A program made the position numbers and the translations under genes. Under the pieces are notes generated by a model, which saw only the letters and a program-made list of their open reading frames with translations, was not told where the DNA came from and searched no databases. 55,695 bases of DNA from an uncultured bacterium. GTDB lineage: Bacteria > Latescibacterota > UBA2968. Positions 26,814-36,949 of the stretch are shown here, one piece after another (the stretch's first letter is position 1; every line of letters starts with the position of its first letter). The stretch covers positions 1 through 55,695 of the forward strand of contig CAYYGZ010000002.1 of NCBI GenBank assembly GCA_964471275.1. Reading direction: 5' to 3'.

Positions 26814-28205
26814 ATGAAACCGAATATCCTCTGGATCTGTTCGGATCAACAGCGCTACGATACGATTTCTTCGCTGGGCAATCCGCACATCCGAACCCCG
26901 CGGATCGATGCACTGGCAGCGTCAGGACTCGCTTTTACGCACGCACACTGCCAGAGCCCAATCTGCACACCCAGTCGAGCCAGCTTCCTGACGGGCATGT
27001 ATCCGAGTTCGGTCCACGGGTGCACGAACGGGAATGATGTGTGGGCGGATGCCGCACCTCTGATTACTAAACTGCTTGCGGATGCGGGGTATGATTGCGG
27101 TTTGGCAGGCAAGCTTCATATCGCCGGCGCTCAGGGCCGGATCGAGCCACGCGCGGAGGATGGTTATCGGTCATTCAAATGGAGCCACCACCCACGAGAC
27201 CAATGGCCCGAGGGGCACGCCTATCGTGATTGGCTGGCTGAGCAGGGCCACGATCTCGGAGAGATGCAGGAGGATCCTGCGTCGATTCCCCCGGACCTTC
27301 ATCAGTCCACTTGGTGTGCAGACGAGGCGATTTCATTCATGAATGAGGATCGCGAGAGCCCGTGGCTTATGAGCATCAATATGTTCGATCCTCACGCGCC
27401 GTTCGATCCGCCGCAATCCTACCTCGACCGGTATGATCCGCAGGCAATGCCCGGACCGTTGTTTCGAGAGAGCGATCTAGAGAATCAGCACCGGCTGGCT
27501 GGGGTGGATTTCCAGAACGCAGGCAGGACGCCCGAGGAAATGGGGGCAAAGGACAAGCAGGCGCGCTACTATGCGATGATTGAGCTGATTGATCATAACA
27601 TTGGACGGATGCTCGATGCACTCGAGAAGAGGGGTCAGAAAGAGAACACGCTGGTCATCTTTATGAGTGATCACGGCGAGATGCTCGGGGATCACGGGCT
27701 GCTGCTGAAGGGATGTCGCTTCTATGAGGGGCTGATCCGCGTTCCTCTGATTGTCGCCGGGGCGGGTGTGTCGGTTCGCAACGAGCAGAGCCATGCGCTC
27801 GTGGAACTCACGGATATCGCACCGACGCTGCTCGAGCTTGCGGGAGTTGAGGTTCCTGCTCGCGTCCAGGGCCGCTCGCTACTGCCGCTCTTTAGCGATC
27901 CCAACGCCTCCCACAGGGAATCCGTGCGCTGCGAATACTACCGTGCGCTGAAACCCAATCCACTCGGACCGAGACAGATTATGGGTTCTTACGCCACGAT
28001 GTACCGGGATCGGCGGTACAAGCTCTGTGTCTATCACGGTCACGCGTATGGTGAGCTCTATGATCTCGAGAAGGATCCTGACGAGTTTGGGAACTTGTGG
28101 GACGATCCGGGTCATGCAGATGTTCGGTTCGACCTGATGAAGAAGAGCTTCGATGCGGCGGCTCTGGCGATCGATATCGGACCGGAGCAGACGACGGGCT
28201 TCTAG
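26814..28205 (+). CDS. Sulfatase (S1, Cys-type, cytoplasmic)
   Basis: NILWICSDQQR, CTPSRASFLTG, GKLH, DPHAPF, SDHGEMLGDHG. Confidence 0.96.
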   Translation: MKPNILWICSDQQRYDTISSLGNPHIRTPRIDALAASGLAFTHAHCQSPICTPSRASFLTGMYPSSVHGCTNGNDVWADAAPLITKLLADAGYDCGLAGKLHIAGAQGRIEPRAEDGYRSFKWSHHPRDQWPEGHAYRDWLAEQGHDLGEMQEDPASIPPDLHQSTWCADEAISFMNEDRESPWLMSINMFDPHAPFDPPQSYLDRYDPQAMPGPLFRESDLENQHRLAGVDFQNAGRTPEEMGAKDKQARYYAMIELIDHNIGRMLDALEKRGQKENTLVIFMSDHGEMLGDHGLLLKGCRFYEGLIRVPLIVAGAGVSVRNEQSHALVELTDIAPTLLELAGVEVPARVQGRSLLPLFSDPNASHRESVRCEYYRALKPNPLGPRQIMGSYATMYRDRRYKLCVYHGHAYGELYDLEKDPDEFGNLWDDPGHADVRFDLMKKSFDAAALAIDIGPEQTTGF

Positions 28206-28237
28206 GGCAGAGGATGGTGTGTGGTTGGGCTACGAAA

Positions 28238-28266
28238 CAGGGCGGTCCCGTGGAGTGACCGCCCTG
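28238..28266. terminator. Hairpin between convergent sulfatase and NtrC-family genes
   Basis: CAGGGCGGTC...GACCGCCCTG 10-bp inverted repeat. Confidence 0.65.
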
Positions 28267-28286
28267 CGTTTGATTGGCTATTGGTG

Positions 28287-29696
28287 TTATTCGTCTTCGA
28301 TTTCTTCGGCGACGCCGTTGCCGCCTTTCTTGAAGATGCCAGACATGCCGTACTCGTGAAGTTTGTTGCGCAGCGTGCGTGAGCTAATGCCGAGCGTGTC
28401 GGCGGCGTTGGTTCGGTTGCCGTCGGAGCTCTCGAGCGTCTTCAGAATCAGCTGCTTTTCCATCTCGCGAACCGTCGTGCCCACGACGACACCGCCTCCT
28501 GTGCTCGCGGTGCGTGGCTCGCCTGTCAGAATCTCGAGGGGCAGGTTGCTCTCGGTGATCAGTGGTTCCTTGCAGATGACGACGGCGCGTTCGACGTAGT
28601 TCTCGAGTTCGCGCACGTTGCCCGGCCAGTCGTAATTGATCAGAACCTCCATCGCCTTCTCGCCGAAACCCGTTATGCCCTTGTCGTTCTCGTCGTTGTA
28701 GCGTTCGAGAAAGAACTCGGCAAGCGGCGTGACGTCCCCTTTGCGCTCGCGAAGGGACGGCATCTGCACGGGAATGACGTTCAGACGGTAGAAGAGGTCT
28801 TCACGGAAGTTCCCCTTCTCTATCTCGTCGCGCAGGTTGCGGTTTGTCGTTGCCACGATCCGGACGTCGACCTTGATGGTCGTGCCGCTGCCGATACGCT
28901 CGAATTCCCGTTCCTGCAGGACGCGTAAAAGCTTGGCCTGAAGCGGAGGCTCGATTTCGCTGATTTCGTCCAGGAGGAGTGTTCCGCCGTCCGCGAGTTC
29001 GAAGCGACCCTTGGTCTGTTTGACCGCACCCGTGAAAGCCCCCTTCTCGTGACCGAACAGCTCGCTCTCGATCAGGTCCTGTGGGAGCGCTGCACAATTC
29101 AGTTTGATGAACGGTCGATTGGCACGGGGACTGTTGTAGTGGACGGCACGTGCGACAAGCTCCTTACCTGTGCCACTTTCGCCGTTTATCAGAACGGTCG
29201 ATCTGCTTTGCGCGACCGACTCGACCATCTCGAACAGTTCTTCCATGACCTTTGTTCTACCGACCATGTTGCCAAAACTGAAACGTTCGCCGAGCTCGCT
29301 CTTAAGGCGCGTATTCTCACGCTTCAACTCCTGGTTCTCGAGCGCCCTTTCGATCCTCACGATCAGTTCTTCGCCCTTGACCTCCCCCTTTACGAGGTAG
29401 TCGTAGGCGCCCTTCCGCATCGCATCGACGGCATTCCCAATCTCGCCAAAGGCCGTAATCATCAGGACACGGGATTCTGGCCATGTGATCGTGACGCGTT
29501 CAAGGAACTCGAGCCCACTCATACCCGGCATCCGGATATCCGAGAGAATGACGTCGAAATCGGCTTCCTCCAGTTTCTGGAGTCCCGATTCACCGTTCTC
29601 GGCCTGATCGATCTCGAACTTGTCGTCCAGTTGAGCGGCGATCGATTCGCGGGAGTAGGTATCATCGTCTACGATGAGGATCTTCTTCTTGCTCAT
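28287..29696 (-). CDS. Sigma54-dependent NtrC-family response regulator (FleR/FlgR-like)
   Basis: Receiver (SDIRMP), GESGTGKE, ESELFGHEKGAFTGA, WPGNVRELEN, Fis-type HTH. Confidence 0.96.
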   Translation of the reverse strand: MSKKKILIVDDDTYSRESIAAQLDDKFEIDQAENGESGLQKLEEADFDVILSDIRMPGMSGLEFLERVTITWPESRVLMITAFGEIGNAVDAMRKGAYDYLVKGEVKGEELIVRIERALENQELKRENTRLKSELGERFSFGNMVGRTKVMEELFEMVESVAQSRSTVLINGESGTGKELVARAVHYNSPRANRPFIKLNCAALPQDLIESELFGHEKGAFTGAVKQTKGRFELADGGTLLLDEISEIEPPLQAKLLRVLQEREFERIGSGTTIKVDVRIVATTNRNLRDEIEKGNFREDLFYRLNVIPVQMPSLRERKGDVTPLAEFFLERYNDENDKGITGFGEKAMEVLINYDWPGNVRELENYVERAVVICKEPLITESNLPLEILTGEPRTASTGGGVVVGTTVREMEKQLILKTLESSDGNRTNAADTLGISSRTLRNKLHEYGMSGIFKKGGNGVAEEIEDE

Positions 29697-29717
29697 ACGT
29701 TCGTCCTTAGAGTGAGA

Positions 29718-30992
29718 CTAGGTCAGCGGTAACATGACATCGAATCTTGTTCCCTCTCCCGGGGCACTGTCTACCCGCATCGCGCCTCCGTGAGCTTCTA
29801 CGATCTTCTTTGCCGTTGCGAGTCCGAGCCCGTTCCCATCTTCCTTTGTGGTGAAGAAGGGACGGAAGAGCTTAGATCGGATTTCCTCGTTCATTCCAGA
29901 CCCCGAGTCGGCTACAGTGAAGACCAGGTAGGGTGGTTCGATCCCATCCTCGACGGGCTCACCTTCCTGGCGGGTCTGGATTTCTGTACGTATCCACCCG
30001 TCACCAGGGATGGCTTGGACAGCGTTGTGCAGCAGGTTCAGCACGATCTGCTGAATTTGCTCGGGGTCCACATCGCAGGTGACTTCCTCGGCTTCATAGC
30101 GCCGCTGAATCTCGATTTCTTCTGCGCGGGCTCCGGCATCGATCTCGAAAAATCCCAGGCAGTCCTCAATGACTTCCACGAAGTTGACGGGCCTGGTTGT
30201 GAGCTGGGTTGGACGCGTGTAGTTGAGCAGGTTGGAGACGACACCGTTGAGGCGGTCGATCCCCTCGACAATCCGCGTGACAAGCTCTCTACGCGGATCT
30301 TCGTGTTCGAGCTTTCGACTGAGCACCTCTGCGAACCCGCCGATACCGCCGAGCGGGTTGCGGATCTCGTGTGCGACGGTCGCCGACATCTCACCAAGCG
30401 CGGTCAGCGTGCTGACACGACTCGCCTGGTCGGTCAGCTCGCGGATCTGTGTGATGTCCTCGAGGATCCCAAGTCCACCGATGATCTGACCATCGGCGTC
30501 GGTCAGACAGGCCGTTTTGAAACGGACGGGAATCTCGTACCCCTCACGGGTCTGCAGACTACGCTCCTGATCAACGCCCTGACCGGACTGAACCGTCAGG
30601 TCGAGAAGACTCGATGAGTCTCCTAGGGCTCTTTCCACGCTTCGCCCGATGATGGCGTCGACGTCGTGACCCAACATCTCTGCCGCGGCTGCGTTACAGT
30701 GCGTGACCTGGCTTTCGGGATCCACCGCAATGACGCCTGTGCCCAGACTCTCCAGGATGTTTCCGAGGTAGGCGGTCAGGCGCTCCTTGTCCTCGAGGCT
30801 TTTCTGAAGCTGCCGATTGGTCTCCTCAAGTTCTTTGTTGAGCGCGTCGAAATGCTGTTCGAGGTTCTTGTGTGAGGTTTCCAGCTTTTCCAGAGCCTCG
30901 TTGAACGCGACGTAGGATGAGGCAAAGGCCTTGGACTCCTCAGCGTCAGGCGTTTGATCGGGGATCGGTTTTTCGTCTGTCGGTTTACTCAT
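29718..30992 (-). CDS. Cytoplasmic PAS sensor histidine kinase (FleS/FlgS-like)
   Basis: No TM; N-terminal coiled coil, PAS, AHEIRNPL, NLLHNAVQA, DSGSG, FFTTK..GNGLGL. Confidence 0.93.
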   Translation of the reverse strand: MSKPTDEKPIPDQTPDAEESKAFASSYVAFNEALEKLETSHKNLEQHFDALNKELEETNRQLQKSLEDKERLTAYLGNILESLGTGVIAVDPESQVTHCNAAAAEMLGHDVDAIIGRSVERALGDSSSLLDLTVQSGQGVDQERSLQTREGYEIPVRFKTACLTDADGQIIGGLGILEDITQIRELTDQASRVSTLTALGEMSATVAHEIRNPLGGIGGFAEVLSRKLEHEDPRRELVTRIVEGIDRLNGVVSNLLNYTRPTQLTTRPVNFVEVIEDCLGFFEIDAGARAEEIEIQRRYEAEEVTCDVDPEQIQQIVLNLLHNAVQAIPGDGWIRTEIQTRQEGEPVEDGIEPPYLVFTVADSGSGMNEEIRSKLFRPFFTTKEDGNGLGLATAKKIVEAHGGAMRVDSAPGEGTRFDVMLPLT

Positions 30993-31318
30993 CGCTTCCG
31001 CTGAACCCTTCGGCTTCGATCAGGCTGTAGCTTTGGTGTCAGTCGGATTCCTTTCCGTGTCGCCTCCTGATGGTTCTGCTCGGTCAGGTCAGCGAGCTCC
31101 TTGAACGTCTTCTTCAACTGGTCGAGCACCGAGGCTGTCAGGTCTTCTTTGTTCTCGGTCAGATCAGACACGCACTTCTGAAGTGAGGCAACGGTCTTGA
31201 CCTGGTCCCGCAGCATAGCGATCAGCTTGCTCGGGTCTTCCAGATGGGTGGACACTTCCTCGGCTTGTTTTTTTGCCGTAGTCTGCAGGCCGGCAATCTT
31301 TTGACAAAGGTCTGTCAC
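30989..31318 (-). CDS. Small helical hypothetical protein (109 aa)
   Basis: GTG start 1 nt after the upstream stop; ATGA overlap with the kinase start; amphipathic helices (MTDLCQKIAGLQ...). Confidence 0.65.
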   Translation of the reverse strand: MTDLCQKIAGLQTTAKKQAEEVSTHLEDPSKLIAMLRDQVKTVASLQKCVSDLTENKEDLTASVLDQLKKTFKELADLTEQNHQEATRKGIRLTPKLQPDRSRRVQRKR

Positions 31319-31319
31319 T

Positions 31320-32000
31320 TCATTCACCTTCAGTGGAGGGCTGAGGATCCGGATCACCCGGCTCTCTGGCAGGCGCGGACTTCGTATCGGGTGCCGGTTC
31401 TGACGCAGCGGTTTTGGAGGTAGTGGGTTCTGGAGCAATGGGTTCGGACGCCGAGGCCGCCGTCGGTGGGGGCGCGCCACCGTAGGCTCCGGGAAGCCTC
31501 GCAGGAGGCCGGCCGACAGGGCGTGGAGACTGGGCATCGGTAACAGGGCCGCCGGTGCGCGTTTTCAACTGCAGGAGTTCGTGCTCCTGGTCGCGGACCT
31601 TCCAACGCAACTGCCGGACCTCGGCCTCAAGTCTCTGGTTCTTCAGGCTTCGAGCAACTGCCGCGTGGATTTCGGGCACTTTAAATGGCTTGATGATGTA
31701 ATCCTGAGCCCCTTGCCGGAGCGCATCGATCGCTGACTGGATACTCGAGTATCCGGTCATGATTATGATCTGTGTATCCGGAGATCCGTCGATGATGGTA
31801 TCGACGACGTCGAGTCCGTTGGAGTCACCGAGTGAAAGGTCGATCAGGGCAACGTGAATTTCGTTCACGCTGATGGCGTGGAGTGCATCCTTGCCCGTTC
31901 CCGCCGAAATCGTCTGATATTCGAGTTCGGCAAACGATTCGGACAAGAGGTTGCGCATAAATGGGTCGTCATCGACGACCAAGATGGCTTCACCTGCCAT
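31320..32000 (-). CDS. Response regulator receiver with coiled coil and Pro-rich tail, no DNA-binding output
   Basis: ILVVDDD, ALIDL (phosphoacceptor Asp), MTGY, DYIIKPF. Confidence 0.92.
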   Translation of the reverse strand: MAGEAILVVDDDPFMRNLLSESFAELEYQTISAGTGKDALHAISVNEIHVALIDLSLGDSNGLDVVDTIIDGSPDTQIIIMTGYSSIQSAIDALRQGAQDYIIKPFKVPEIHAAVARSLKNQRLEAEVRQLRWKVRDQEHELLQLKTRTGGPVTDAQSPRPVGRPPARLPGAYGGAPPPTAASASEPIAPEPTTSKTAASEPAPDTKSAPAREPGDPDPQPSTEGE

Positions 32001-32178
32001 ACCATTTCCCCGCTAAGCTTACCAACACAGGTTGTAAGGGCAGAATGACGACCCAGCGAATCGCGCGATTCGAGCGAATCTGGCGATCCCTCCGAGCTGG
32101 ATGTGTCCCGGGTGTTGGAAGCAAAGGGGAATCCACAGTCGGAGGAGATGCGCTAACATCCTGTAGATAACGGAGTTG

Positions 32179-32207
32179 AATGTAGGATTCAGCAGAGAGC
32201 GAGTCAA
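32179..32207 (-). promoter_or_regulatory. Sigma70 promoter of the two-component operon
   Basis: TTGACT-N17-TACATT on the minus strand ~180 nt upstream of the receiver gene. Confidence 0.7.
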
Positions 32208-32316
32208 GGAACGAGGGGATAATTTTTCCGGGACCGGGAAGGAATTTCCGCAAGGGTAAGCAAGGGGCGTGGCGCGTGATGCGAGAGGTAGACGGAATCC
32301 GACCTGCAGTCGATTG

Positions 32317-32715
32317 CTAACGAGTCCTGGATCGCGACTCTATATAAAGAACGTCGCCTTCCTTGCAGGTGATCTGGGTTGCGGCGTGGCCGTAGCTGAC
32401 GGCGATCTGTAGCCTCCCGTCCTCCTCGATCAGCGCGATCCAGTTCCCTCTGGGCACATCGTTGTACTTTTTTCCGAGAAGCGCAACTATCCGGTGCTCG
32501 CCGAATTTGATGTCGAACCTCGTGCCGTGAATGATGCCGTGCTCGGCAAGCTGGGACTGGGTAAGGTCTGTGTTGATGTTCGCGTATTCTTCGCTGACGC
32601 GCACGACTTTCGCCGGAAACCAGATGGGTTGGGGTGCCCTGGACATCGTTGCGCAGCCCAAGAGTGCGCCAAGCGCCAAGATGGTCAGCCTTGTTACGGA
32701 TGTCTGTTTCAACAC
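32317..32715 (-). CDS. Lipoprotein with SAM hydroxide adenosyltransferase (DUF62) C-terminal-like domain
   Basis: LLGC lipobox; YANINTDL...KYNDVPRGNWIALIEEDGRLQIAVSYGHAA resembles the C-domain pattern GN.IT...Y..V..G...AL..S.G.LEIA...G.AA. Confidence 0.75.
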   Translation of the reverse strand: MLKQTSVTRLTILALGALLGCATMSRAPQPIWFPAKVVRVSEEYANINTDLTQSQLAEHGIIHGTRFDIKFGEHRIVALLGKKYNDVPRGNWIALIEEDGRLQIAVSYGHAATQITCKEGDVLYIESRSRTR

Positions 32716-32829
32716 TGCCTCCCTTTGGCCGGGAAGTGGTCATCCCAGCGTGTACATCCGCACGATAGACGGATGCAGCTAGCCAAGATCTTGTCCCGGC
32801 AGTCTGGTGAAATGGGCAAGGGCATTCCG

Positions 32830-33507
32830 CTATCCAACACGCCGATACGATTCGCGGAATGTCTGGAAAACGGTCTTGTAGACGTGTGGTGTTGCCCTGT
32901 GACCGGCGTTGAACGAGATGAACCGGGCATCCGGGACGACAGATTTGAGCGAAGCGTAGTAGGCTCGCGTCCGTTCGTATCGCTCGTCTCGACGGCCACA
33001 GCCCGTGATCCAGCGGACCTTCGCGATGCCCTTCCGAGCCTTACGGGTTGCGTTGGCGTGAACTTCCGGTGTGTTGTATGGCTTCTGTTCAATGGTGCTT
33101 GGTCGTGACGGGTGATCGGAGCAGCGGCCGTCCGGTGTGGTCCAGGATCCTGCGGAGAGTGCGGCGCAGCAGAGCACTTTTCCAGGATGCATGCCTGTGA
33201 ACCGGTGAGCGAACTGGGCACCCGCAGAGAATCCGTACAGGCACAACTTCTGGATATAGTCGGTGCGGTTACGAGTGAACGTGGCGATCTCTGCGAGTAG
33301 TTCCCTGTCAAGGCCCTGGGTCACAAACTGATACGGCGGTTTGTAGGTCGGAAAGATGAGCAGCGTGTTGATCTTCAGGTGTCGATCGATGTATTCCATC
33401 GTCCGGTCGATCATCTTCTGTGCTGTGCCGCTCAACCCGTGGACCAGTACCACGGGCAGGAACTTGCCTTTGTTGTAGCTGCGCTTGATAAAGACGTACT
33501 CGTTCAC
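32830..33507 (-). CDS. Alpha/beta hydrolase (esterase-like)
   Basis: VLVHG, GFSAGAQFAHRF nucleophile elbow, C-terminal AGH; GTGA overlap with the sulfatase stop. Confidence 0.8.
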   Translation of the reverse strand: MNEYVFIKRSYNKGKFLPVVLVHGLSGTAQKMIDRTMEYIDRHLKINTLLIFPTYKPPYQFVTQGLDRELLAEIATFTRNRTDYIQKLCLYGFSAGAQFAHRFTGMHPGKVLCCAALSAGSWTTPDGRCSDHPSRPSTIEQKPYNTPEVHANATRKARKGIAKVRWITGCGRRDERYERTRAYYASLKSVVPDARFISFNAGHRATPHVYKTVFQTFRESYRRVG

Positions 33508-35069
33508 AGGTTTTGCTCCCACGTCTTGTACAGTGCACTCAGTTCGTTGACTAGCTCAGGACGTTCTGCAGCCAGATCATTCGTCTCGGTTCTGTCCACG
33601 CGCATGTCGTAGAGTTCCCACGGGTCTTCATTGTCAGAGACCAGTCTGTAGTTGCCGCGCCGGACTGCCTTTCCTCTTCGCCAGTTCCAGTAGATCGGGT
33701 CACGTCGCTCGTAGTCCTCGCCTCGCAGGATGGGAAGCAGACTCTGTCCTTGCATCGGTGGAATCGCAGACCCCTCGAATTCAGCAGGATACGTTGCACC
33801 TGAGATCTCTGCGATGGTTGGCATGACGTCGATGAAGTGGCCGACGTCGTGGCTGATCCGGTTGGATCCACGAATGCCGTTCGGCCAGAACGCGATGAGT
33901 GGCGTGCAGGAGCCCCCTTTGTGGCTGTAGTTCTTGTAGAAGCGGAAGGGCGTGTTCGCGACGTTTGCCCACGAGCGGCTGATCGAGGACCAGCGTGTCA
34001 GCGAACCGATTTCGCCAGTGCCGGCCGAGGGGTTGAGTGCCTGAGTGGGAACCGCCTCTGACGAGCAACCGTTGTCGGAAGCGAACAGGATCAACGTGTT
34101 GTCGAGCTCACCCTGCGTGCGCAGATTGTCCAGAATCTTTCCGATGTTTTGATCTACCCGGTCGATCATGGCACAGTAGACGGCCATCTTCTGGTCTTCC
34201 ACGTCCTTCTGTTCCTCCGTCATACTGTCCCAAGTTTCGTATGTCGGGTCACTCAGCGGAAATGTATCGTCGATCAGACCCATCTCCCTCTGGCGAACAT
34301 ACCGTGCCTTTCTGTATGCTGCGTAGCCTTTGAGATACTTTCCTCGATACTTCGCGATGTCTTCCGGCCATGCCATCAGAGGATCGTGGGGCGCGGTGTA
34401 GGAGAGATACATGAAGAACGGTTTGTCTTCCCTCGCATACTCATCCAGGTAGTTCAGCGCATATTTCGTGAAGTAGTCCGTTGTGTAGAAGTCCTGGTCA
34501 GGTGTGTAGGGACTGATGATCTGGTCATCGATACACCATTTTCGAGGATAGAATTGTGACTCCTTGTGAGCCGGTATACCCTCGCCGGGGCGCTGAACGC
34601 CCGGATTGAAGTGGTTGCAGGCTCCGTCTCTCAGACCGTAGTAACGGTCGAACCCCCGGTCAAAGGGGTTATCCGTTCCGTGGTGTTTGCCGGTCATCAG
34701 CGTACGGTATCCCCCCGATCGCATCACCTCGCCGAGTGTGGTTGCGTTGACCAGCTTCCCGGGTCGCTCGCCCATTCCGCATTGATGCGCGTAGAGACCG
34801 GTGAGCAGGCAGGCTCGAGACGGAAAGCACTTGGCTGTGTTGTGAAACTGGGTGAATCGGATACCGCTGCTAGCGAGTGAGTCGATGTTTGGGGTACTGA
34901 CCTCGCCGCCGTAGCATCCGATGTCCGACCAACCCATATCATCAACGAGAATGACGAGGATGTTGGGGCGTTTGGCCGTCGTCTTCTGGGCGTGGGTCCA
35001 GTAGGTGGGAGAGAGTGCGGTGGCGGCCAGGCCGAGGGTGGTGTGTTTGATGAAGCGGCGTCTGTTCAT
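33504..35069 (-). CDS. Tat-exported arylsulfatase (S1)
   Basis: MNRRRFIK Tat signal, DDMGWSD, CFPSRACLLTG, GKHH, TAPHDPL, SDNG. Confidence 0.96.
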   Translation of the reverse strand: MNRRRFIKHTTLGLAATALSPTYWTHAQKTTAKRPNILVILVDDMGWSDIGCYGGEVSTPNIDSLASSGIRFTQFHNTAKCFPSRACLLTGLYAHQCGMGERPGKLVNATTLGEVMRSGGYRTLMTGKHHGTDNPFDRGFDRYYGLRDGACNHFNPGVQRPGEGIPAHKESQFYPRKWCIDDQIISPYTPDQDFYTTDYFTKYALNYLDEYAREDKPFFMYLSYTAPHDPLMAWPEDIAKYRGKYLKGYAAYRKARYVRQREMGLIDDTFPLSDPTYETWDSMTEEQKDVEDQKMAVYCAMIDRVDQNIGKILDNLRTQGELDNTLILFASDNGCSSEAVPTQALNPSAGTGEIGSLTRWSSISRSWANVANTPFRFYKNYSHKGGSCTPLIAFWPNGIRGSNRISHDVGHFIDVMPTIAEISGATYPAEFEGSAIPPMQGQSLLPILRGEDYERRDPIYWNWRRGKAVRRGNYRLVSDNEDPWELYDMRVDRTETNDLAAERPELVNELSALYKTWEQNL

Positions 35070-35144
35070 GGGGTTGCTCTCGAGGAGAGGCGGTGTGGCT
35101 GGGACAAGCAGGCCGCGTGGTTGAAGTCACGCGGTACGGAGTCG

Positions 35145-36935
35145 TTACGATATCCTGAAGCGGACAGTCATCTGCTGGGCGAGTTTGTCCGGCGTGAAAG
35201 CGATTCTGGTGATGACCTGGTTGCCTTTGCCTTCTTTGCGTGCAGCCTCCTCGAGGCGCTCGACAGTGAAGCGACCGGATAGGCCTTCGGATCTGATGAC
35301 GATGCCGTCCTTCGCTGAACCGATTCGGACGGAGCCACTCCCGCGGGAGACGGTTGCCTTTTCGAAGGTGACAAACGCCTCTTCAACTTCCTCTGGCGAT
35401 CTGGTGAATGAGTAGTCGTCCTCAAGGAACAGCCGATTGGTCTCATGCTCAAGAGTAAAGGTTCGGATCAGCCGCTTCACCGTTCCGCGCGGGTAGGCGC
35501 GCGTCATGTCGATGATGATTTGCTTGTCGCCATCGACATTCAGGTTCTGCGTCTCTATGGATCCGGAATGCTGCGCGCCTGCCTTCTGCAGCCGGCCATT
35601 GATGACAGGTACCGAGTGGCCGTAAGAGTTGCAGTAGGGAATCTCGTATCGTTTTGGGCCGAAGGTGCCGGCACGATACACGGGGCCGCCCGGATCGACA
35701 AGATGAAGTCGGTCGCCGCGATGCACGATGAAGCTGCCGATGTCGTTGTGGTTGTGTGGCACACCGTTGTGCCCTGCGATGGCCAGGACGGTCATCTGGT
35801 CCTTGCTCTTCCTGCCTCGAACTTTGACCTGTCCGAGATCCTCCAACAAGTAGTCCCGGTTGTCGGGTTTGCCGGGCGCCTTTCTGTTTCTGTATAACGT
35901 AAAATCGTGTACCAAACTGTGGTCTTCGAGTCCCAGTTTCAGCGTTCTGTCCGGGTGGAGCGGACAGAGATCGTAGAGCTCGGGGATATCCAGAAACTCG
36001 TTTATCGTGATTGCGACTCGGGAAGGAATGCTGCCGTGCCCCGAGTCCGCAAAGGTCGATCGATAGGGACCCGCGATGTGCGCAGCCAGCGGGTAACGGC
36101 AGATTCGCTCGATCTTCGGATCGGTCATCAGGTTCAGTTCGCCATCGGTCTTGACGTAGAGCGCGTGAGCGACATACAGATAGTGGCCAAACCCAAAACC
36201 CCAGTAGCCGGGTCCTTCCTCGCAACCGCCATCGTCCGAGAATCCGTCAAGCGCATATGTCAGGTTCTGGATGGCCCCGTGTGTCATCAAGGCCAGGAGT
36301 TCCGGGTCCTCAATCTCGGTCAGCGCCGTCCGGATGACAGAGCCGTTGCAGACGTGGTTCCAGTTCATTCGAACCGTTTTCCACGAGTCGAGGTTGTGGT
36401 AGTTCCAGTAGTTCCTAAAGATGCGTCTGTCGATCTCGGATCGGAGCCTCTCCTTGACTTCGTCTTCCAGCTTGTCGCCCAGGATGTGCAAGATTTCGGC
36501 AAAGAGCGTGGAGAGCTTCCCGGAGCCCAGGTCGATCGATCGGTCTTCGTGAGCCGCTCGTACCCAGGTATAGCTGTCGCAATACGCCCACAGAAGGTCC
36601 TGCAGGTAATCCACACTCGCTGCCGGATGGCCCAACCACAGCGCGTGTGCTGCGTGGAGGAGTTCTCTTAGTCGCTCACCGTCCCGCGCCTGCGGTATCC
36701 TGCGGTCACCGGTTCTCTTGTAGTTCCGGAACGCTGACCGTTTGATGACCGGTATGGGACGGTCCGGATCGAGGTTATCGGTGATGTCCTGCCAGAGGCC
36801 GTTCTTCTTTGCGAGTCTCCGGGCTCTGGCCAGGGCCTTCGAATCCGTCAGGAAGGGGACGGGTGACCGGTCGCAATGACGGTCGTAGATGCGGGCCAGA
36901 TCGTTGATCGTGATGTCACGCAAGAGCATGTTCAT
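35145..36935 (-). CDS. Heparinase II/III-family protein
   Basis: NWNHVCNG, DGGCEEGPGYW, FADS, GHNGVPHNHNDIGSF, DPG...Y, GHSVPVING. Confidence 0.9.
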   Translation of the reverse strand: MNMLLRDITINDLARIYDRHCDRSPVPFLTDSKALARARRLAKKNGLWQDITDNLDPDRPIPVIKRSAFRNYKRTGDRRIPQARDGERLRELLHAAHALWLGHPAASVDYLQDLLWAYCDSYTWVRAAHEDRSIDLGSGKLSTLFAEILHILGDKLEDEVKERLRSEIDRRIFRNYWNYHNLDSWKTVRMNWNHVCNGSVIRTALTEIEDPELLALMTHGAIQNLTYALDGFSDDGGCEEGPGYWGFGFGHYLYVAHALYVKTDGELNLMTDPKIERICRYPLAAHIAGPYRSTFADSGHGSIPSRVAITINEFLDIPELYDLCPLHPDRTLKLGLEDHSLVHDFTLYRNRKAPGKPDNRDYLLEDLGQVKVRGRKSKDQMTVLAIAGHNGVPHNHNDIGSFIVHRGDRLHLVDPGGPVYRAGTFGPKRYEIPYCNSYGHSVPVINGRLQKAGAQHSGSIETQNLNVDGDKQIIIDMTRAYPRGTVKRLIRTFTLEHETNRLFLEDDYSFTRSPEEVEEAFVTFEKATVSRGSGSVRIGSAKDGIVIRSEGLSGRFTVERLEEAARKEGKGNQVITRIAFTPDKLAQQMTVRFRIS

Positions 36936-36949
36936 GGGAGTCTCGATTC

